In this document: in pieces, positions 34,901 through 45,140 of the stretch | Layout of the letters: every line of letters begins with the position of its first letter | Position numbering within the stretch: position 1 is the first letter of the stretch | Assembly (NCBI GenBank): GCA_945870425.1 | Contig: CAMBSD010000017.1 | Location: 8,884 to 72,883 of the forward strand | Length of the DNA stretch: 64,000 nt | Direction of reading: 5' to 3' | Origin: Chitinophaga pinensis | GTDB taxonomy: Bacteria > Bacteroidota > Bacteroidia > UKL13-3 | The notes under the pieces: model-generated | Told to the model about the DNA's origin: nothing | Seen by the model: the letters and a program-made list of their open reading frames with translations, nothing else | The model's database searches: none | Program-made: the position numbers and the translations under genes

Positions 34901-37867
34901 TGCATATGTACCTGCACTAACGGCTTGAATACAGCTTTCAGAAAAGGTTGTTCTAATAGTAATACCACCCGATATAGCACTAGTTACATTGCTGCAAGCA
35001 TTGCTTACTTTACAATAGTAATAAAGCGTTCCACCTTCAGTAGTAGCTGGTGTATAGCTTGCACTAGTGGCACCAAGAATAGGACCACCATTAATGTTTG
35101 CAGTAGTGTTGCTATACCACTGATAGCTTAAAGTGCCTGCACCTGTTGCAGTTACTGATAAAGTAGTAGCAGTTGCATTAAGTCTTAGTGAACGAGTTGT
35201 AGTATCAGGCTGCCCTGTAATAGCTACCATACCCGGTGGCGGTGTAATTGTTACCGAACCTAAACTGCTTAAAATTGAACAATGAGTTCCATTACTAATA
35301 CGTGCACGCACATTATAAGTAGCTGGATACACATTGGTAAAATGAGGATCTTCGGTATAATATTGACCATTGATAGTGTATTGGATACTATTGTCTTTAA
35401 TGACTACATTTTTTACAGAATGGTAATTGTTTGCCCCTCCTCCGCATCTTGCAGCAAGAGCATATTGCCAACTAGATTTGTTATCGGTAGTATAAGCTGC
35501 TGGCAATTGGTAATTGCTACAAATAGTAGTATCACCGTGCACAATGGTTAGTTTTCCATCGTATGTTACAGATATAGCAACTGATTTATAACTATTTGTA
35601 TTTAGGGTTGCACTATAAGACTGAAGCTCAATTTTATTATAATAAATTTTAATGGTATTGAAATATTCGATAAAGCCAATAGCCAAACCACTGTTTACCA
35701 TTCCAGATTCTGCCGCACCTGCAGTACCGGCAGTATTTAAATTTCCATAGTTAAAACTAATTCCATCTCCTCCGTTTCCTCCTCCTACAAATACATCATA
35801 GTTGGCAGCAAAAGCATTGGGTTTAGCTACCGTTGAATTAAAAGCAATATAACCAGCCCTGTTGCTAGTATTTGGTGTAAGCACTAAATCGCCAAATCCC
35901 CCCCATATAGGGTTACAACAAGTACCCAAATTGCCAATAGTAGCAGCACCTAGTTGTTGATTAGTCAAACTAATATTTACTAAATCGTAGGGTGATGATA
36001 GACCGTGAGATACATTGCTAATAGTAACAGTACCACCTGTAGTTGTACAAGTAGTTGGGCTAGTAGAAGCTAGAGTTCCCGTAATATCTGGTGTATAAGT
36101 AATTGTTGCAGTTCCTATTTGAAAAGTATTTGAGCAATGAACCCCATTGCTTTTACGAGCAAACACGGTATACTGCCCAGGGGCTACACCAGTTAATGTT
36201 GTAGCTGAAGTAAAATTACCATTACCTAAAAAATATTGAATATCGTTGTCTTTAATGACTACATTTTTTACAGAATGGTAATTGTTTGCCCCTGCTCCGC
36301 ATCTTGCAGCAAGAGCATATTGCCAATTAGATTTGTTGTCAGCAACATAAGCTGCTGGTAATTGGTAGTTGCTACAAATAGTAATACCACCATGCACAAT
36401 GGTTATTTTTCCATCTTGTGTTACCGTTATAGCAACTGATTTATAACTACCTGTATTTAGGGTTGCACTATAAGACTGAAGCTCAATTTTATTATAATAA
36501 ATTTTAATGGTATTGCTATATTCGCTAAAGCCAATAGCCAAACCACTGTTTACCATTCCAGATTCAGCGGCACCTGCAGTACCTACAGTATTTAATACCC
36601 CATAGTTAAAGCTTAAACCATCTCCTCCGTTTCCTCCTCCTACAAATACATCATAGTTGGCAGAAAAAGCATTGGGTTGGGCTTCATTTGTACCAAAAGC
36701 AATAAAGCCAGCCCTATTGCTAGTATTTGGTGTAAGCACTATATCACCATTACCCCAATAAGGGTTACAACAAGTACCCAAATTACCAATATAAGCACCA
36801 CCAAGTTGATTGTTAGTTAGACTAAGATTTACTAAATCGTATGGAACAAAATTATGCGTTACATTGCTAATAGCAATAGTACCAGTACTTGTGCAAGTAG
36901 TAGGATTATTAGGGGTTATAGTTGCAGCAACAGATAAACTAGTAATAGTTTGTGTACCTATACTAGCTGTTGAATTATAACCATTAGCATTATAAGCAGC
37001 ATTACCAATTCTGGCATAAGAGCCATAAGTACCAGGGTTTAAACCAGAAAAATTATTATTTGTAGTAAAATTGGTACCATCTAAACTATATTCCCAAGGT
37101 GTGCGATCTTTTATGACTACATCATTTATGGAGTGATAATTATTTAATGCACCGCATCGTGCAGCAAAGCCATATTGCCAGTTGGTTTTATTATCGGTAA
37201 TATAAGCAGCCGGTAACTGATAGTTGGTGCAATAAACGTTGCCACCATGGGAAAGCGTAAGTTGTCCGCTTCCGGTAATTTCTATGCTAACTGATTTCCA
37301 GCCACTATTATTTAGAGTGCCATTTACATTATAAGATGTAAGTTGAACTTTGTTATAATAAATTATTATTTTGTTACTATAATCATTAAAACCAATAGCC
37401 AAGCCACTATCTATCATGCCAAATTCTCCATAGTTTCCACTACTAGTGTTTACTTTACCATAGTTAAAGCTAGTGCCATCTGCACCAGAGCCACCACCTA
37501 TATATATGTTAAAGTTGGCAATAAAATTAACGGGTTTCAATGCTGTTTCAGCAAATGTGATAAACCCTCTTTTGTCATTTGAATTTGGTGTTAGCTGCAA
37601 CCAGTGAGACGCACCAGGAGTGAATGCTGGCGTATAGTTCACCCCTCCCACTACTGCACCCACAGGCAAAGAAGATAAATCGGAATTTACTAAATTGTAA
37701 GGGGCTGCACTTGTTGCAGTATTAATTGTTATGCTACCGGTCCCCGAACAAATAGCAGAAGTTGTAGTGGCACTTCCCGTTATAGTCGGTGGTGTTTGAG
37801 CCTTGGCAAATGTGCCAAAGAGGAACAGCATGACTACTATCCAAATGGTTTTAAAGTTTGATTTCAT
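31970..37867 (-). CDS. Giant secreted surface protein: 3-4 L-type-lectin-like domains, RCC1 beta-propeller repeats, NHL repeats, dockerin-like C-terminal module
   Basis: 1965 aa. Signal peptide. Repeated about 290-aa units (…[25 protein letters not shown]…YQLPAAY…[14 protein letters not shown]). RCC1 repeats ([27 protein letters not shown]) about 7 times. NHL repeats (AVDxAGNVYVxD). C-terminus homologous to the 1855-aa protein. Confidence 0.8.
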   Translation of the reverse strand: MKSNFKTIWIVVMLFLFGTFAKAQTPPTITGSATTTSAICSGTGSITINTATSAAPYNLVNSDLSSLPVGAVVGGVNYTPAFTPGASHWLQLTPNSNDKRGFITFAETALKPVNFIANFNIYIGGGSGADGTSFNYGKVNTSSGNYGEFGMIDSGLAIGFNDYSNKIIIYYNKVQLTSYNVNGTLNNSGWKSVSIEITGSGQLTLSHGGNVYCTNYQLPAAYITDNKTNWQYGFAARCGALNNYHSINDVVIKDRTPWEYSLDGTNFTTNNNFSGLNPGTYGSYARIGNAAYNANGYNSTASIGTQTITSLSVAATITPNNPTTCTSTGTIAISNVTHNFVPYDLVNLSLTNNQLGGAYIGNLGTCCNPYWGNGDIVLTPNTSNRAGFIAFGTNEAQPNAFSANYDVFVGGGNGGDGLSFNYGVLNTVGTAGAAESGMVNSGLAIGFSEYSNTIKIYYNKIELQSYSATLNTGSYKSVAITVTQDGKITIVHGGITICSNYQLPAAYVADNKSNWQYALAARCGAGANNYHSVKNVVIKDNDIQYFLGNGNFTSATTLTGVAPGQYTVFARKSNGVHCSNTFQIGTATITYTPDITGTLASTSPTTCTTTGGTVTISNVSHGLSSPYDLVNISLTNQQLGAATIGNLGTCCNPIWGGFGDLVLTPNTSNRAGYIAFNSTVAKPNAFAANYDVFVGGGNGGDGISFNYGNLNTAGTAGAAESGMVNSGLAIGFIEYFNTIKIYYNKIELQSYSATLNTNSYKSVAISVTYDGKLTIVHGDTTICSNYQLPAAYTTDNKSSWQYALAARCGGGANNYHSVKNVVIKDNSIQYTINGQYYTEDPHFTNVYPATYNVRARISNGTHCSILSSLGSVTITPPPGMVAITGQPDTTTRSLRLNATATTLSVTATGAGTLSYQWYSNTTANINGGPILGATSASYTPATTEGGTLYYYCKVSNACSNVTSAISGGITIRTTFSESCIQAVSAGTYASIVIKTDSSLWAWGYNNWGQLGDGTQTTRNSPVKIGTATNWNWKTVVGGNDYSMAIKNDGTLWAWGKNFNGQLGDGTTTLRNSPVQIGTATNWKTIICGISEHTMALKTDGTLWAWGKNLNGQLGDGTTTQRNSPVQIGTATDWKSISVGYSSTVATKTDGTLWAWGYNGFGQLGDGTTTQRNSPVQIGTATNWKSVDAGGMHNVAVKNDGTLWAWGLNTDGQLGDGTTTDRHSPVQITTATNWASTSAGGYYTTAKKTDGSLWAWGVNYQGQLGDGTTTGRHTPVQIGTATNWASISAGYDHSLAIKTDGSLWVWGANFAGAALGIGTAGNKTSPMQLSSCVVCTPTVSIFTDTACGSYTWVAKGNKVYTASNNTDTILLTNAAGCDSVVTLNLTVTQAPNAFSYNTPNVFTQNSSITPLSPSNVSTITSGYDPYGVAVDTAGNVFVSDYDNDVIKKIDKNGNETTFYSTGIEKARGLATDKAGNVYVTNQYYNKVLKISPNGNLLNTYTGFNNPRAVAVDAAGNIYVTDNFNNKVKKINTSGIITVIGSGFVYPEAIAVDATGNIYVGDYSGTGFGGVLKKMTTNGAISVLATGFDDMSSIAVDANDNVYVADGANSNGVIKVVAPNGNISSIGSGFSAPRGVALDAAGNVYVADDDNSEVYKIDMSGGAVSSYSVTPSLPAGLSLNTTTGVISGTPTVASVATNYTVTANNCGGTNNAIVNITVVSVCTPTTSSNNVTIYSNQLPYNWNGLTFNAAGTQTAHLTNAAGCDSAATLTLNVIAASAQLNLKLYLQGLYLGNGAMIAAPFSADGISPSTIADTITIELHDTTSSHTLIATNKSSVSTSGMVSSSFSGTLMGNAYFVVIKHRNSITTWSANPIVLGQTNNYDFSNAASKAFGSNMADDGNGVFIMYTGDINQDGSVDFNDYPDLDISSNNGDLGYYVTDLNGDASVDFSDYPLLDINSNLGTLTMTP
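33880..34900. repeat. Intragenic tandem repeats of about 153-159 bp encoding RCC1 blades, with several copies near-identical
   Basis: The antisense ORF track shows [21 protein letters not shown] four times. The sense strand encodes repeated [21 protein letters not shown]. Confidence 0.8.
35250..37330. repeat. Intragenic tandem duplication of about 860-bp units (lectin-like domains). Two copies about 93-95% identical at DNA level, a third more diverged.
   Basis: Near-identical stretches begin near 35388 and 36245 (e.g. ...tgtctttaatgactacattttttacagaatggtaattgtttgcccct...). A diverged copy begins near 37110. Confidence 0.8.
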
Positions 37868-37994
37868 TTTTTAGTTTTGGTATTAATTTAGGCTACAAAA
37901 ATGGTCAAAACATATTATGTGGACTACAAGGGTTAACCCTTGTATTTCAATAGCCCTGTTTTTAGTGTTGTAATTGCAATAAAAATAAATAGTT

Positions 37995-39614
37995 TTGAAT
38001 ATAATGAATAGTATTTTTCACAACCCAAAATGTGTTGTTAAGTATTTTATACTTGGTATTTTTAGTTTGCTATTATATGTTGATAATGTAAAAGCTCAAA
38101 CAAAAGCTGAAAAGGAATTAAAGGAAATTGTTTATAGATATAACAATGGACTTCAGTATGACTCAGCAATCCTAGCTATTAATAAGTTTATAAATCAAAA
38201 TAATAGTAGCAATCAAAATAAGTTTTATGCTAACTTATTCATGTCTTTTATATACAAAAGATTGCAAGATTATGCGCAAGTGAATAAATACTTAGATAAA
38301 GCTATCAGGTATGGCATACAAACCAAAAATAAAGATTTTTTTCTAGCCTTATATTACTGCCAAAAATCATTTGCTTATTTTGACATAAGTGATTTCTCTA
38401 ATGCCGACAGCCTGATGAAACCATTAATAGCAAATAACTACAAGTATTTAGAAAATGAGGATAAAGGTACATTGATGATACAAAAGGCATTTTTACTTCT
38501 GCGCAAAAATAAATATGATGAGGCTGCTGAGATGTATAAAGTTGCAGAAATTTTTATGCAGCAAAATTGCCCTTGTGAATTGCCAATAGTTTATGCAAAT
38601 AAAATACAATTTTATGAGGCTACGAGGCAATTTGACAAGATGGAAGAATGTTATAGAATGGGGATGGCTAGCGCTGAAAGTTGCGGAATATTAAAATATA
38701 AAATGATGTGTACCCAAAACATGTATTATTTTTATCGTAAGAATGGCTATTTTGAAAAGGCTATATATTATTCGAAAGCATGGGACAGTATGAATTTTAT
38801 TTTTAAAACTAATGAAAATATACAAAAACTGAAAGATGTTGATATTCAACTTAAAGAAAAGGCAATAAAAGAAATCATTGATAAACAAAATAACATCATT
38901 TTACAAAATAAAATACATACAAATAATTTAGTCATTTATACCTTAATCATAATTTGCATCACCATTTTATTTATATTTTATTATGAAATGAGAAAGAGTA
39001 AGTTCAAACGTCAACAACGTATGCAATTTACTAAGCAGCTTTTTGAGAAGATAGAAGAAGAAAGAAAAAGAATAGCAAGCGACCTACATGATGGTATAAT
39101 TAATGATTTGATTTCTCTCAAAAAAACCAAACAGGAATTACCTAACCATCTGGAAAGCGATATAGATACCACAATTGAAAATATAAGAAGCATAAGCAGA
39201 AATTTACATCCTGTAATGTTTGAAAGAGTTGGACTTAAAACCACAATAGAACAGTTAGTGGGGAAGATTCAAAGCACAGATCAATTCTTGATTACATCCG
39301 ATATATCATATAATTGCAGCTTGGATAACAATACAGAATTACAATTATTTCGTATTATACAGGAAGCTTGCAGCAATATGATAAAACATTCGATGGCCGT
39401 TGCTGGCAGGGTTTCAATAATTGATGAGCAGAAAATAGTAAATATAATTATAGAAGACAATGGAAAAGGATTTAATGTGAGCCAAAAATTAAATGATAAC
39501 AATTCCTATGGAATACATAATATCATATTAAGAACAAAATTACTTGGAGGTAAAATTCATGTTGAATCAAATTCCTTGGGAACAAAAATAAACATATCCA
39601 TACCTAAAAAATAA
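37995..39614 (+). CDS. TPR-containing sensor histidine kinase (HisKA_3 / NarL-type)
   Basis: Signal peptide. TPR-like helical region. TM helix (LVIYTLIIICITILFIFYY). H-box ASDLHDGIINDL. HATPase (EDNGKGF). Confidence 0.8.
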   Translation: MNIMNSIFHNPKCVVKYFILGIFSLLLYVDNVKAQTKAEKELKEIVYRYNNGLQYDSAILAINKFINQNNSSNQNKFYANLFMSFIYKRLQDYAQVNKYLDKAIRYGIQTKNKDFFLALYYCQKSFAYFDISDFSNADSLMKPLIANNYKYLENEDKGTLMIQKAFLLLRKNKYDEAAEMYKVAEIFMQQNCPCELPIVYANKIQFYEATRQFDKMEECYRMGMASAESCGILKYKMMCTQNMYYFYRKNGYFEKAIYYSKAWDSMNFIFKTNENIQKLKDVDIQLKEKAIKEIIDKQNNIILQNKIHTNNLVIYTLIIICITILFIFYYEMRKSKFKRQQRMQFTKQLFEKIEEERKRIASDLHDGIINDLISLKKTKQELPNHLESDIDTTIENIRSISRNLHPVMFERVGLKTTIEQLVGKIQSTDQFLITSDISYNCSLDNNTELQLFRIIQEACSNMIKHSMAVAGRVSIIDEQKIVNIIIEDNGKGFNVSQKLNDNNSYGIHNIILRTKLLGGKIHVESNSLGTKINISIPKK

Positions 39615-39616
39615 TA

Positions 39617-40243
39617 ATGACTATTTTAATCGCAGATGATCACCCGCTGACATTATTGGGAACAAAAAACTATGTTGAATCAATAGGCTATAAAGTGGAT
39701 TGTATCTGTTCAAATGGCATAGCGGCATACAACAACCTTTGTACTAAAAATTTCAGCCTTGCGATTTTGGATATAAATATGCCAGGTATGGATGGCTTGG
39801 AATTACTTGAAAAAATGTATCAAAGTAAAATGCGTACTAAAGTTATATTACTTACCATGCACCGTGAAGTAAGCATATATAAAAGAGCAAATGAAATTGG
39901 TGTGTATGGATATTTATTAAAAAATCATTCAGAAAGTGAGTTAGAACGATGTATTCAATCTGTTATCAACAATAAACAATACATAAGTCCTTTAATAAGT
40001 AATGAACTTGTTTTCGATACCCTTGAAAAGAATGATGATGTATATTCAATTCTAACCTTAACAGAAAAAAAAGTATTAGAAATGGTGGGTAGGCAATACA
40101 ATACCAAGCAAATTGCGAAACTACTTTTTATTGCTGAAAAAACAGTTGAATGGCACAGAAGAAATATTATTGAAAAACTAGGATTACCCAAGGAGAAAAA
40201 TGCTTTATTACATTGGGCATTAAAAAATAGTATGAATTCTTAG
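39617..40243 (+). CDS. LuxR/NarL-family response regulator
   Basis: Receiver (ILIADDHP...LAILDINMPGMDG) plus HTH_LuxR (LTEKKVLEMVGRQYNTKQIAKLLFIAEKTVEWHRRNI). Start is 3 nt after the HK stop. Confidence 0.88.
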   Translation: MTILIADDHPLTLLGTKNYVESIGYKVDCICSNGIAAYNNLCTKNFSLAILDINMPGMDGLELLEKMYQSKMRTKVILLTMHREVSIYKRANEIGVYGYLLKNHSESELERCIQSVINNKQYISPLISNELVFDTLEKNDDVYSILTLTEKKVLEMVGRQYNTKQIAKLLFIAEKTVEWHRRNIIEKLGLPKEKNALLHWALKNSMNS

Positions 40244-40348
40244 CAAAAAAATAAAATGCCTAGTTATAGGTAGGCATAAGATATATCCAATCCATATCTT
40301 CGTAGCGAAGTGTAAGACACAGCAATTACATTTTTTCATAGTTAGGTT

Positions 40349-40383
40349 AAACGGAGTTATTTTATAACTCCGTTTTCTATTTA
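40349..40383 (+). terminator. Rho-independent terminator of the HK-RR operon
   Basis: aaacggagttat-ttta-taactccgttt followed by tctattt. Confidence 0.65.
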
Positions 40384-40442
40384 ATGCACCCCTCAATTGG
40401 TTTGTAAAAACTTTTTCGCAAAATCATAGTTAAATCTTTCGT

Positions 40443-41228
40443 ATGAATGAACGTATAAATCGAATAAATAACTTGCTAGCGCCTTTAAAGCAACAAATTG
40501 TAAATCATAAACTATATAATTCAATCAAGACAATTGAAGATTTGCATGTGTTCATGGAATTTCATGTTTTTGCGGTATGGGATTTCATGTCCTTGCTCAA
40601 ATCACTGCAGAATAATTTAACTTGTACAAGCACCCCTTGGGTTCCTATTGGGGATGCCGAAACCCGATTTTTAATTAATGAAATTGTGGTAGGAGAGGAG
40701 TCGGATGTGGACATGGATGGAAATCGAAAAAGCCATTTTGAATTGTATATGGATGCGATGAACCAAGCAGGAGCTAATACAGAAACAATTTCAAAGTTTA
40801 TTGATAGCATAAGAGAAAATAAGAGTGTAAAGCAATCCATTCAATTATGCAATGTGCCTCATGCTGCTGAAGAGTTTGTTAATTTTACTTTCAATACCAT
40901 TGCCAGTTTTAAAAATCATCTATTGGCCTCTGTATTTACTTTTGGCCGTGAAGACTTAATCCCTGATATGTTTTATTCGATCGTGGCAGATATTGATAAA
41001 ATAAGTCCTAATAAAATTTCCATATTTAAATATTATTTGGAACGACATATAGAAGTTGATGGAGGACATCATGGATTACTAGCCTTGCGCATGGTTGATA
41101 ATTTATGTGGTGAGGATAATATCCTATGGCAAGAAGTTGAAAGCATAGCTATTCAATCTTTGCAAAAGAGAATTCAATTATGGGATGGAATTTACGAGCA
41201 ATTAAATAATAAGACAGTTGCTAGGTAA
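40443..41228 (+). CDS. Hypothetical protein, possibly DUF3050-like (helical, heme-oxygenase-like fold)
   Basis: 261-aa ORF with no signal peptide. HVFAVWDFMSLLKSLQ region recalled from the DUF3050 family. The assignment is from memory only. Confidence 0.45.
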   Translation: MNERINRINNLLAPLKQQIVNHKLYNSIKTIEDLHVFMEFHVFAVWDFMSLLKSLQNNLTCTSTPWVPIGDAETRFLINEIVVGEESDVDMDGNRKSHFELYMDAMNQAGANTETISKFIDSIRENKSVKQSIQLCNVPHAAEEFVNFTFNTIASFKNHLLASVFTFGREDLIPDMFYSIVADIDKISPNKISIFKYYLERHIEVDGGHHGLLALRMVDNLCGEDNILWQEVESIAIQSLQKRIQLWDGIYEQLNNKTVAR

Positions 41229-41314
41229 ATTATTTTTAGGTAGGTTTTGTAAAGTACTTAATTGGTCTGCAAATACTTGCATAGAATAAATTGGTTTCAC
41301 ATTGCACATTGAAT

Positions 41315-41680
41315 TCATAGTCGTAATTGTGGCAATTTTTTTACAATTAAAGAGTCCAATTCCCAAACTATTTTCAATCTCCTTATGGAATTTTTATAAG
41401 CTCTAATGTCCTTGGTTTCAAATCTACTTATGTTATTGCATTTGTTTGATACTTCAAAAAACATGGCACCACTTTGATTTTTTGTAAGGCTTACCTTGAT
41501 TGTGCTTGTTCCATATTTCATTGAATTACCAATGAGTTCATCAAACACATATTTGATTAGTTCAAAATTTCCCTTCACGCTTGAAATTTCATCGGCTGTA
41601 ACTTTGCATTCAATCTGATTGTACTTGAGAATAAATTTCAATTTGGCGTATATCATCAACTTTTGAATATTTTTTATCAA
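41315..41680 (-). CDS. GHKL/HATPase_c-like fragment (N-box ELIGNSMKYG) lacking G-boxes and without an ATG start. Possible sensor-kinase remnant or pseudokinase.
   Basis: The frame is open from 41860 with no ATG until aa about 60. The track start is a TTG. N-box-like DELIGNSMKYGTSTIKV. No GxGxG. Overlaps the end of the upstream receiver gene in another frame. Confidence 0.3.
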   Translation of the reverse strand: MIKNIQKLMIYAKLKFILKYNQIECKVTADEISSVKGNFELIKYVFDELIGNSMKYGTSTIKVSLTKNQSGAMFFEVSNKCNNISRFETKDIRAYKNSIRRLKIVWELDSLIVKKLPQLRL

Positions 41681-41835
41681 TGAATAACTTGATGTTGAAA
41701 GTTCAGTTGAAACAATCCTAGCTGTTTCCCGGCTTAATTCATTTTGGTCGTTAATTAAAATATTTGCTTTGTCAATAAACCCATTAAGTGGGTCTAAATA
41801 TTTGTTTTTGAAATTGTATGATAATAAGCTTGGTA

Positions 41836-42258
41836 CTATACTGCCAAATCTGATATGCGTCTAGATTCAATATTTCTTTGTATTTCCAACCTTGATTGAA
41901 TAGCTTTGATAATGGTTTCAGATGTAAAGGGTTTCGTAATATAATCATCTGCACCTTCATTCATTCCTCTTCTAACATCTGAAGGGTCAGCAAATGCAGT
42001 TAAGAAAATAAATGGAATCTTATATTTTTCATTATCATCTTTAACAATTTTCAATATATCATAACCCAACATATCTGGCAACATGATATCACATAAGATT
42101 ATTTGTGGTTTTTTCTCTTTGATATATTGTAAGCCCAATACGCCATTGTTTGCTACAATAACATTTATGTTATTTAAATTAAGAATGGTTTCCAATACAT
42201 GTGCAATTCCCGGATCATCCTCAATTACCAAAACTAGTTCATCCTTTGGTGTCTGCAT
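41836..42258 (-). CDS. Single-domain response regulator (receiver only)
   Basis: LVLVIEDDPGIAHV...CDIMLPDMLGYD. The start was chosen at the internal ATG (MQTPKDELVLV) 16 nt downstream of the HK stop. The longer 42315 start would overlap the HK gene by 77 nt. Confidence 0.8.
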   Translation of the reverse strand: MQTPKDELVLVIEDDPGIAHVLETILNLNNINVIVANNGVLGLQYIKEKKPQIILCDIMLPDMLGYDILKIVKDDNEKYKIPFIFLTAFADPSDVRRGMNEGADDYITKPFTSETIIKAIQSRLEIQRNIESRRISDLAV

Positions 42259-44146
42259 GTTTTGTATCGTTAACATTATTAATAGGTATATAAGTGGTGA
42301 TTGTTGTTCCTTCACCCACTTTGCTATCTAGTTCAATCCTTCCATTGTGGGTTTGTATGGCATGCTTAACAATCATAAGTCCCACACCAGTTCCTGAAAT
42401 ATTGCCTACATTACTTGCCCGATAAAATGTTTGAAAAAGATTTTCCATATCTTTTTTAGGAATCCCGATGCCATAGTCTTTCACACTTATTTTTAATTCA
42501 TTTGCAGTTTGTAAAACTTCTAAAATAGGGGCAGGCTTATTTGGTGAATATTTAAAGGCATTTTCAATCAAGTTTAGAATCACATGCCTCATTAAATTTT
42601 TATCAAGTTGAACTTTTCTACCGTCCTCTTGCACCCGATAATCAATACTTCTTCCATCTTTATAGGTAGAATAATTCTCCGTAACAATTTTTTCGATGTA
42701 TTCTTTTATATTGACTGGTTCTGGTTTGAACTTTATTTTGCCAGATTCAATCTGACCTACAATTAACAAATCGTTGAGGATGTCAGTTATTCTGTTTACT
42801 TCTGCAAGAATTTTATTGGTATAGTTTTCAGGTTTTATTTTTTGGTCCAAATTAGGCTTACTAAGAATCATGTCGATTATTTCTGCTGACGACATGATAA
42901 CAGCTAGTGGCGTCCTTAATTCGTGTGATGTGATATTTATAAAATGTGATTTTAAATTATTGAGCTCTTTTTCTTTATGAATAATGCTGTTTAAGTCATT
43001 TTCACGCAATTTTTGAAGAGTAACGTCCGATATTCTGCCAATTACACAATCGCCATCTACAGGGTTGCTAGAAAACCAAAAGTAGTAATCGATGTATTTT
43101 ATACTTTTATCTTTAAATTCAAATGCAAGGATTCCATTTTCACTTGCTTGGTTAGCAGCTACTTTTTTAAATAACCTGTATAGGTTATCAATACTTTTGT
43201 TTGTTAAATTACTAATAGTTTTAAAATCAAAATAACCCAATAAATTATTAACATCACTTTTTATGATATTTAATATGGCATGATTATAAAAAATGAGTTT
43301 GCCGTCAACGCCTATTTGGAAAACCCCATCTGTTAATCCATTGATAAGTTTTTTAAACCTAAGATTTTGATTTTCGATAAATATGGCAGTCTCATACTGG
43401 TCAGTTATATCAATACCATAGCCAACCACATAAGTCAATTCATTTTGTTTATTATAGATAGGATGAAAAATTCTTAATACATATTTTATAGTACCATTAG
43501 GTTTTTTAACTTCATCTACCTTTTGAAAAGGTTTGTGATTATTTAAAGCTTCATTGAACCAAGATCTTCTCAAATTTGCAAGTTTGGAGTCAATATTTTT
43601 ATGCTCACAGTATTCAAAATCATCTTTACCTATCAACCAATTTCTAGTTTCTTCATTTTCAACTGCAATTCGATTTAAGTATAAGTATTTGTGCTTGTCG
43701 TTAAAGATTGCAATATCTGCGGGTATTTCGTTTAGAATATTTAAGTAAAATTCTTTTTGTCGCTCAATTTCAAGCGATTTTTCAACAGTAATTGTAACAT
43801 CTTGGTAGACCCAAACATTATCATAGGATCCATTTTCTAAAAAAAAAGCCGAGTACATTCTTTTAAAATAGCTGCCATTCGCCATTTGAATGATTTCATC
43901 TGTTGGCAAACATTTTTTTGGGATATCGATTATGTCGAATTCAAATTTATCAGGGTCGGCAAATAAATGCTTTGCATATTTTGCAGTCAATGCACAATCG
44001 AGTCCTACCATATCTTCTGGTTTTGAATCAATTTGCATAAATTCAACAAACTTTTGATTGGTAAATTTAATCTTCCTATTAGCATCCTCAACCAATAGCC
44101 CCATACCAGAAATATCAAATATTTTATTGATGCTGCTGATTTCCAT
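42239..44146 (-). CDS. Cytoplasmic multi-PAS sensor histidine kinase
   Basis: 635 aa. PAS-like regions. H-box ITSHELRTPLAVIMSSAEII. N-box LNLIENAFKYSP. G-box GTGVGLMIVKH. No TM segments. Confidence 0.85.
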   Translation of the reverse strand: MEISSINKIFDISGMGLLVEDANRKIKFTNQKFVEFMQIDSKPEDMVGLDCALTAKYAKHLFADPDKFEFDIIDIPKKCLPTDEIIQMANGSYFKRMYSAFFLENGSYDNVWVYQDVTITVEKSLEIERQKEFYLNILNEIPADIAIFNDKHKYLYLNRIAVENEETRNWLIGKDDFEYCEHKNIDSKLANLRRSWFNEALNNHKPFQKVDEVKKPNGTIKYVLRIFHPIYNKQNELTYVVGYGIDITDQYETAIFIENQNLRFKKLINGLTDGVFQIGVDGKLIFYNHAILNIIKSDVNNLLGYFDFKTISNLTNKSIDNLYRLFKKVAANQASENGILAFEFKDKSIKYIDYYFWFSSNPVDGDCVIGRISDVTLQKLRENDLNSIIHKEKELNNLKSHFINITSHELRTPLAVIMSSAEIIDMILSKPNLDQKIKPENYTNKILAEVNRITDILNDLLIVGQIESGKIKFKPEPVNIKEYIEKIVTENYSTYKDGRSIDYRVQEDGRKVQLDKNLMRHVILNLIENAFKYSPNKPAPILEVLQTANELKISVKDYGIGIPKKDMENLFQTFYRASNVGNISGTGVGLMIVKHAIQTHNGRIELDSKVGEGTTITTYIPINNVNDTKHADTKG

Positions 44147-44223
44147 TTATGTCAGACATTTTATTTTTTATTGGAACAAAATTGGGTTGTAAATTAGCAT
44201 AGCTATAATTCATAGGAGGTTTT

Positions 44224-44880
44224 CTATGAAATTTTAAAGGAATTATTTATTTCTGCAATCAGTTTTGATTTTGAATTAACATCCATTTTATGGTATATGT
44301 TTTTGATATGATGATTTACTGTGTGATATGATATTTTTAGTTTTTCGGCTATTTCATTATAAGACATGCCTTGTCTAAGAAGTTCAACAATTTCGCTTTC
44401 TTTCATGGTGAAAGAATAGGTCGTTTTAATTGAACTGCTTGGCTTCCTGCTATTATTTATTAAGTTAAGCAGTGATGTGGTGGCCACTGGGGATAGGAAG
44501 CTTCCATCTTCAAAGGTTTTATTCATCGCCTTAATCAATCCTTCCATTTCGAATGGTTTGTTAACATAGCCTTTAGCACCATTTTCTAATGCTTTTAATA
44601 TGTTTTTTTCATTCAAATCTCCCGTCATAATTAATATGTAGGTATCAGGAAATTTTTGTTGTAAGCTTTCTAAGTTATCTAGGCTATTTTCCCCTTTTAG
44701 ATGAATATCTAATAAAATAATTTCCGGCTTTATGCTTAATTTTAAATTGTTTAAATTTTCAATTGATGATACATCAAAAACACTAAAATAATTATCAGAA
44801 AGATAAATGTAATCTGCGATATTCGTTCTCAGTGAGGTGTTATCTTCAATAATTCCAACAGGTTTAGGGTACTTTTGCAT
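44224..44880 (-). CDS. LuxR-family response regulator
   Basis: Receiver (ILLDIHLKGENS) plus C-terminal HTH_LuxR (MSYNEIAEKLKISYHTVNHHIKNIYHKM). Confidence 0.8.
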   Translation of the reverse strand: MQKYPKPVGIIEDNTSLRTNIADYIYLSDNYFSVFDVSSIENLNNLKLSIKPEIILLDIHLKGENSLDNLESLQQKFPDTYILIMTGDLNEKNILKALENGAKGYVNKPFEMEGLIKAMNKTFEDGSFLSPVATTSLLNLINNSRKPSSSIKTTYSFTMKESEIVELLRQGMSYNEIAEKLKISYHTVNHHIKNIYHKMDVNSKSKLIAEINNSFKIS

Positions 44881-45140
44881 TTGTTTCGTTGTTAATCATA
44901 CAAATTTAAAATATAGCAATTAATAGACATAGCTATAATTAGGGGTAAAACTAGGGACTTAGAATTGATTTTATTTCAAATTGTTAAAAATTTCACATAA
45001 AAATTTCATAAATGTTTGTTTATTAAATATCTAGAGTATTTAACATAAAAGATTAACTCAAGTAATTTATCAGGCTAATTTCAACTAATTTCTCTACGAA
45101 AGTTTAAAATAATTACTTTTGTAGAATAATACTAAACAAG

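Noticed and set aside
42239-42315. 77-nt overlap between PAS histidine kinase and downstream receiver gene
   Set aside because: The internal ATG at 42258 gives a typical receiver N-terminus (MQTPKDELVLVIEDD) and removes the overlap. The longer start is probably an ORF-caller artefact.
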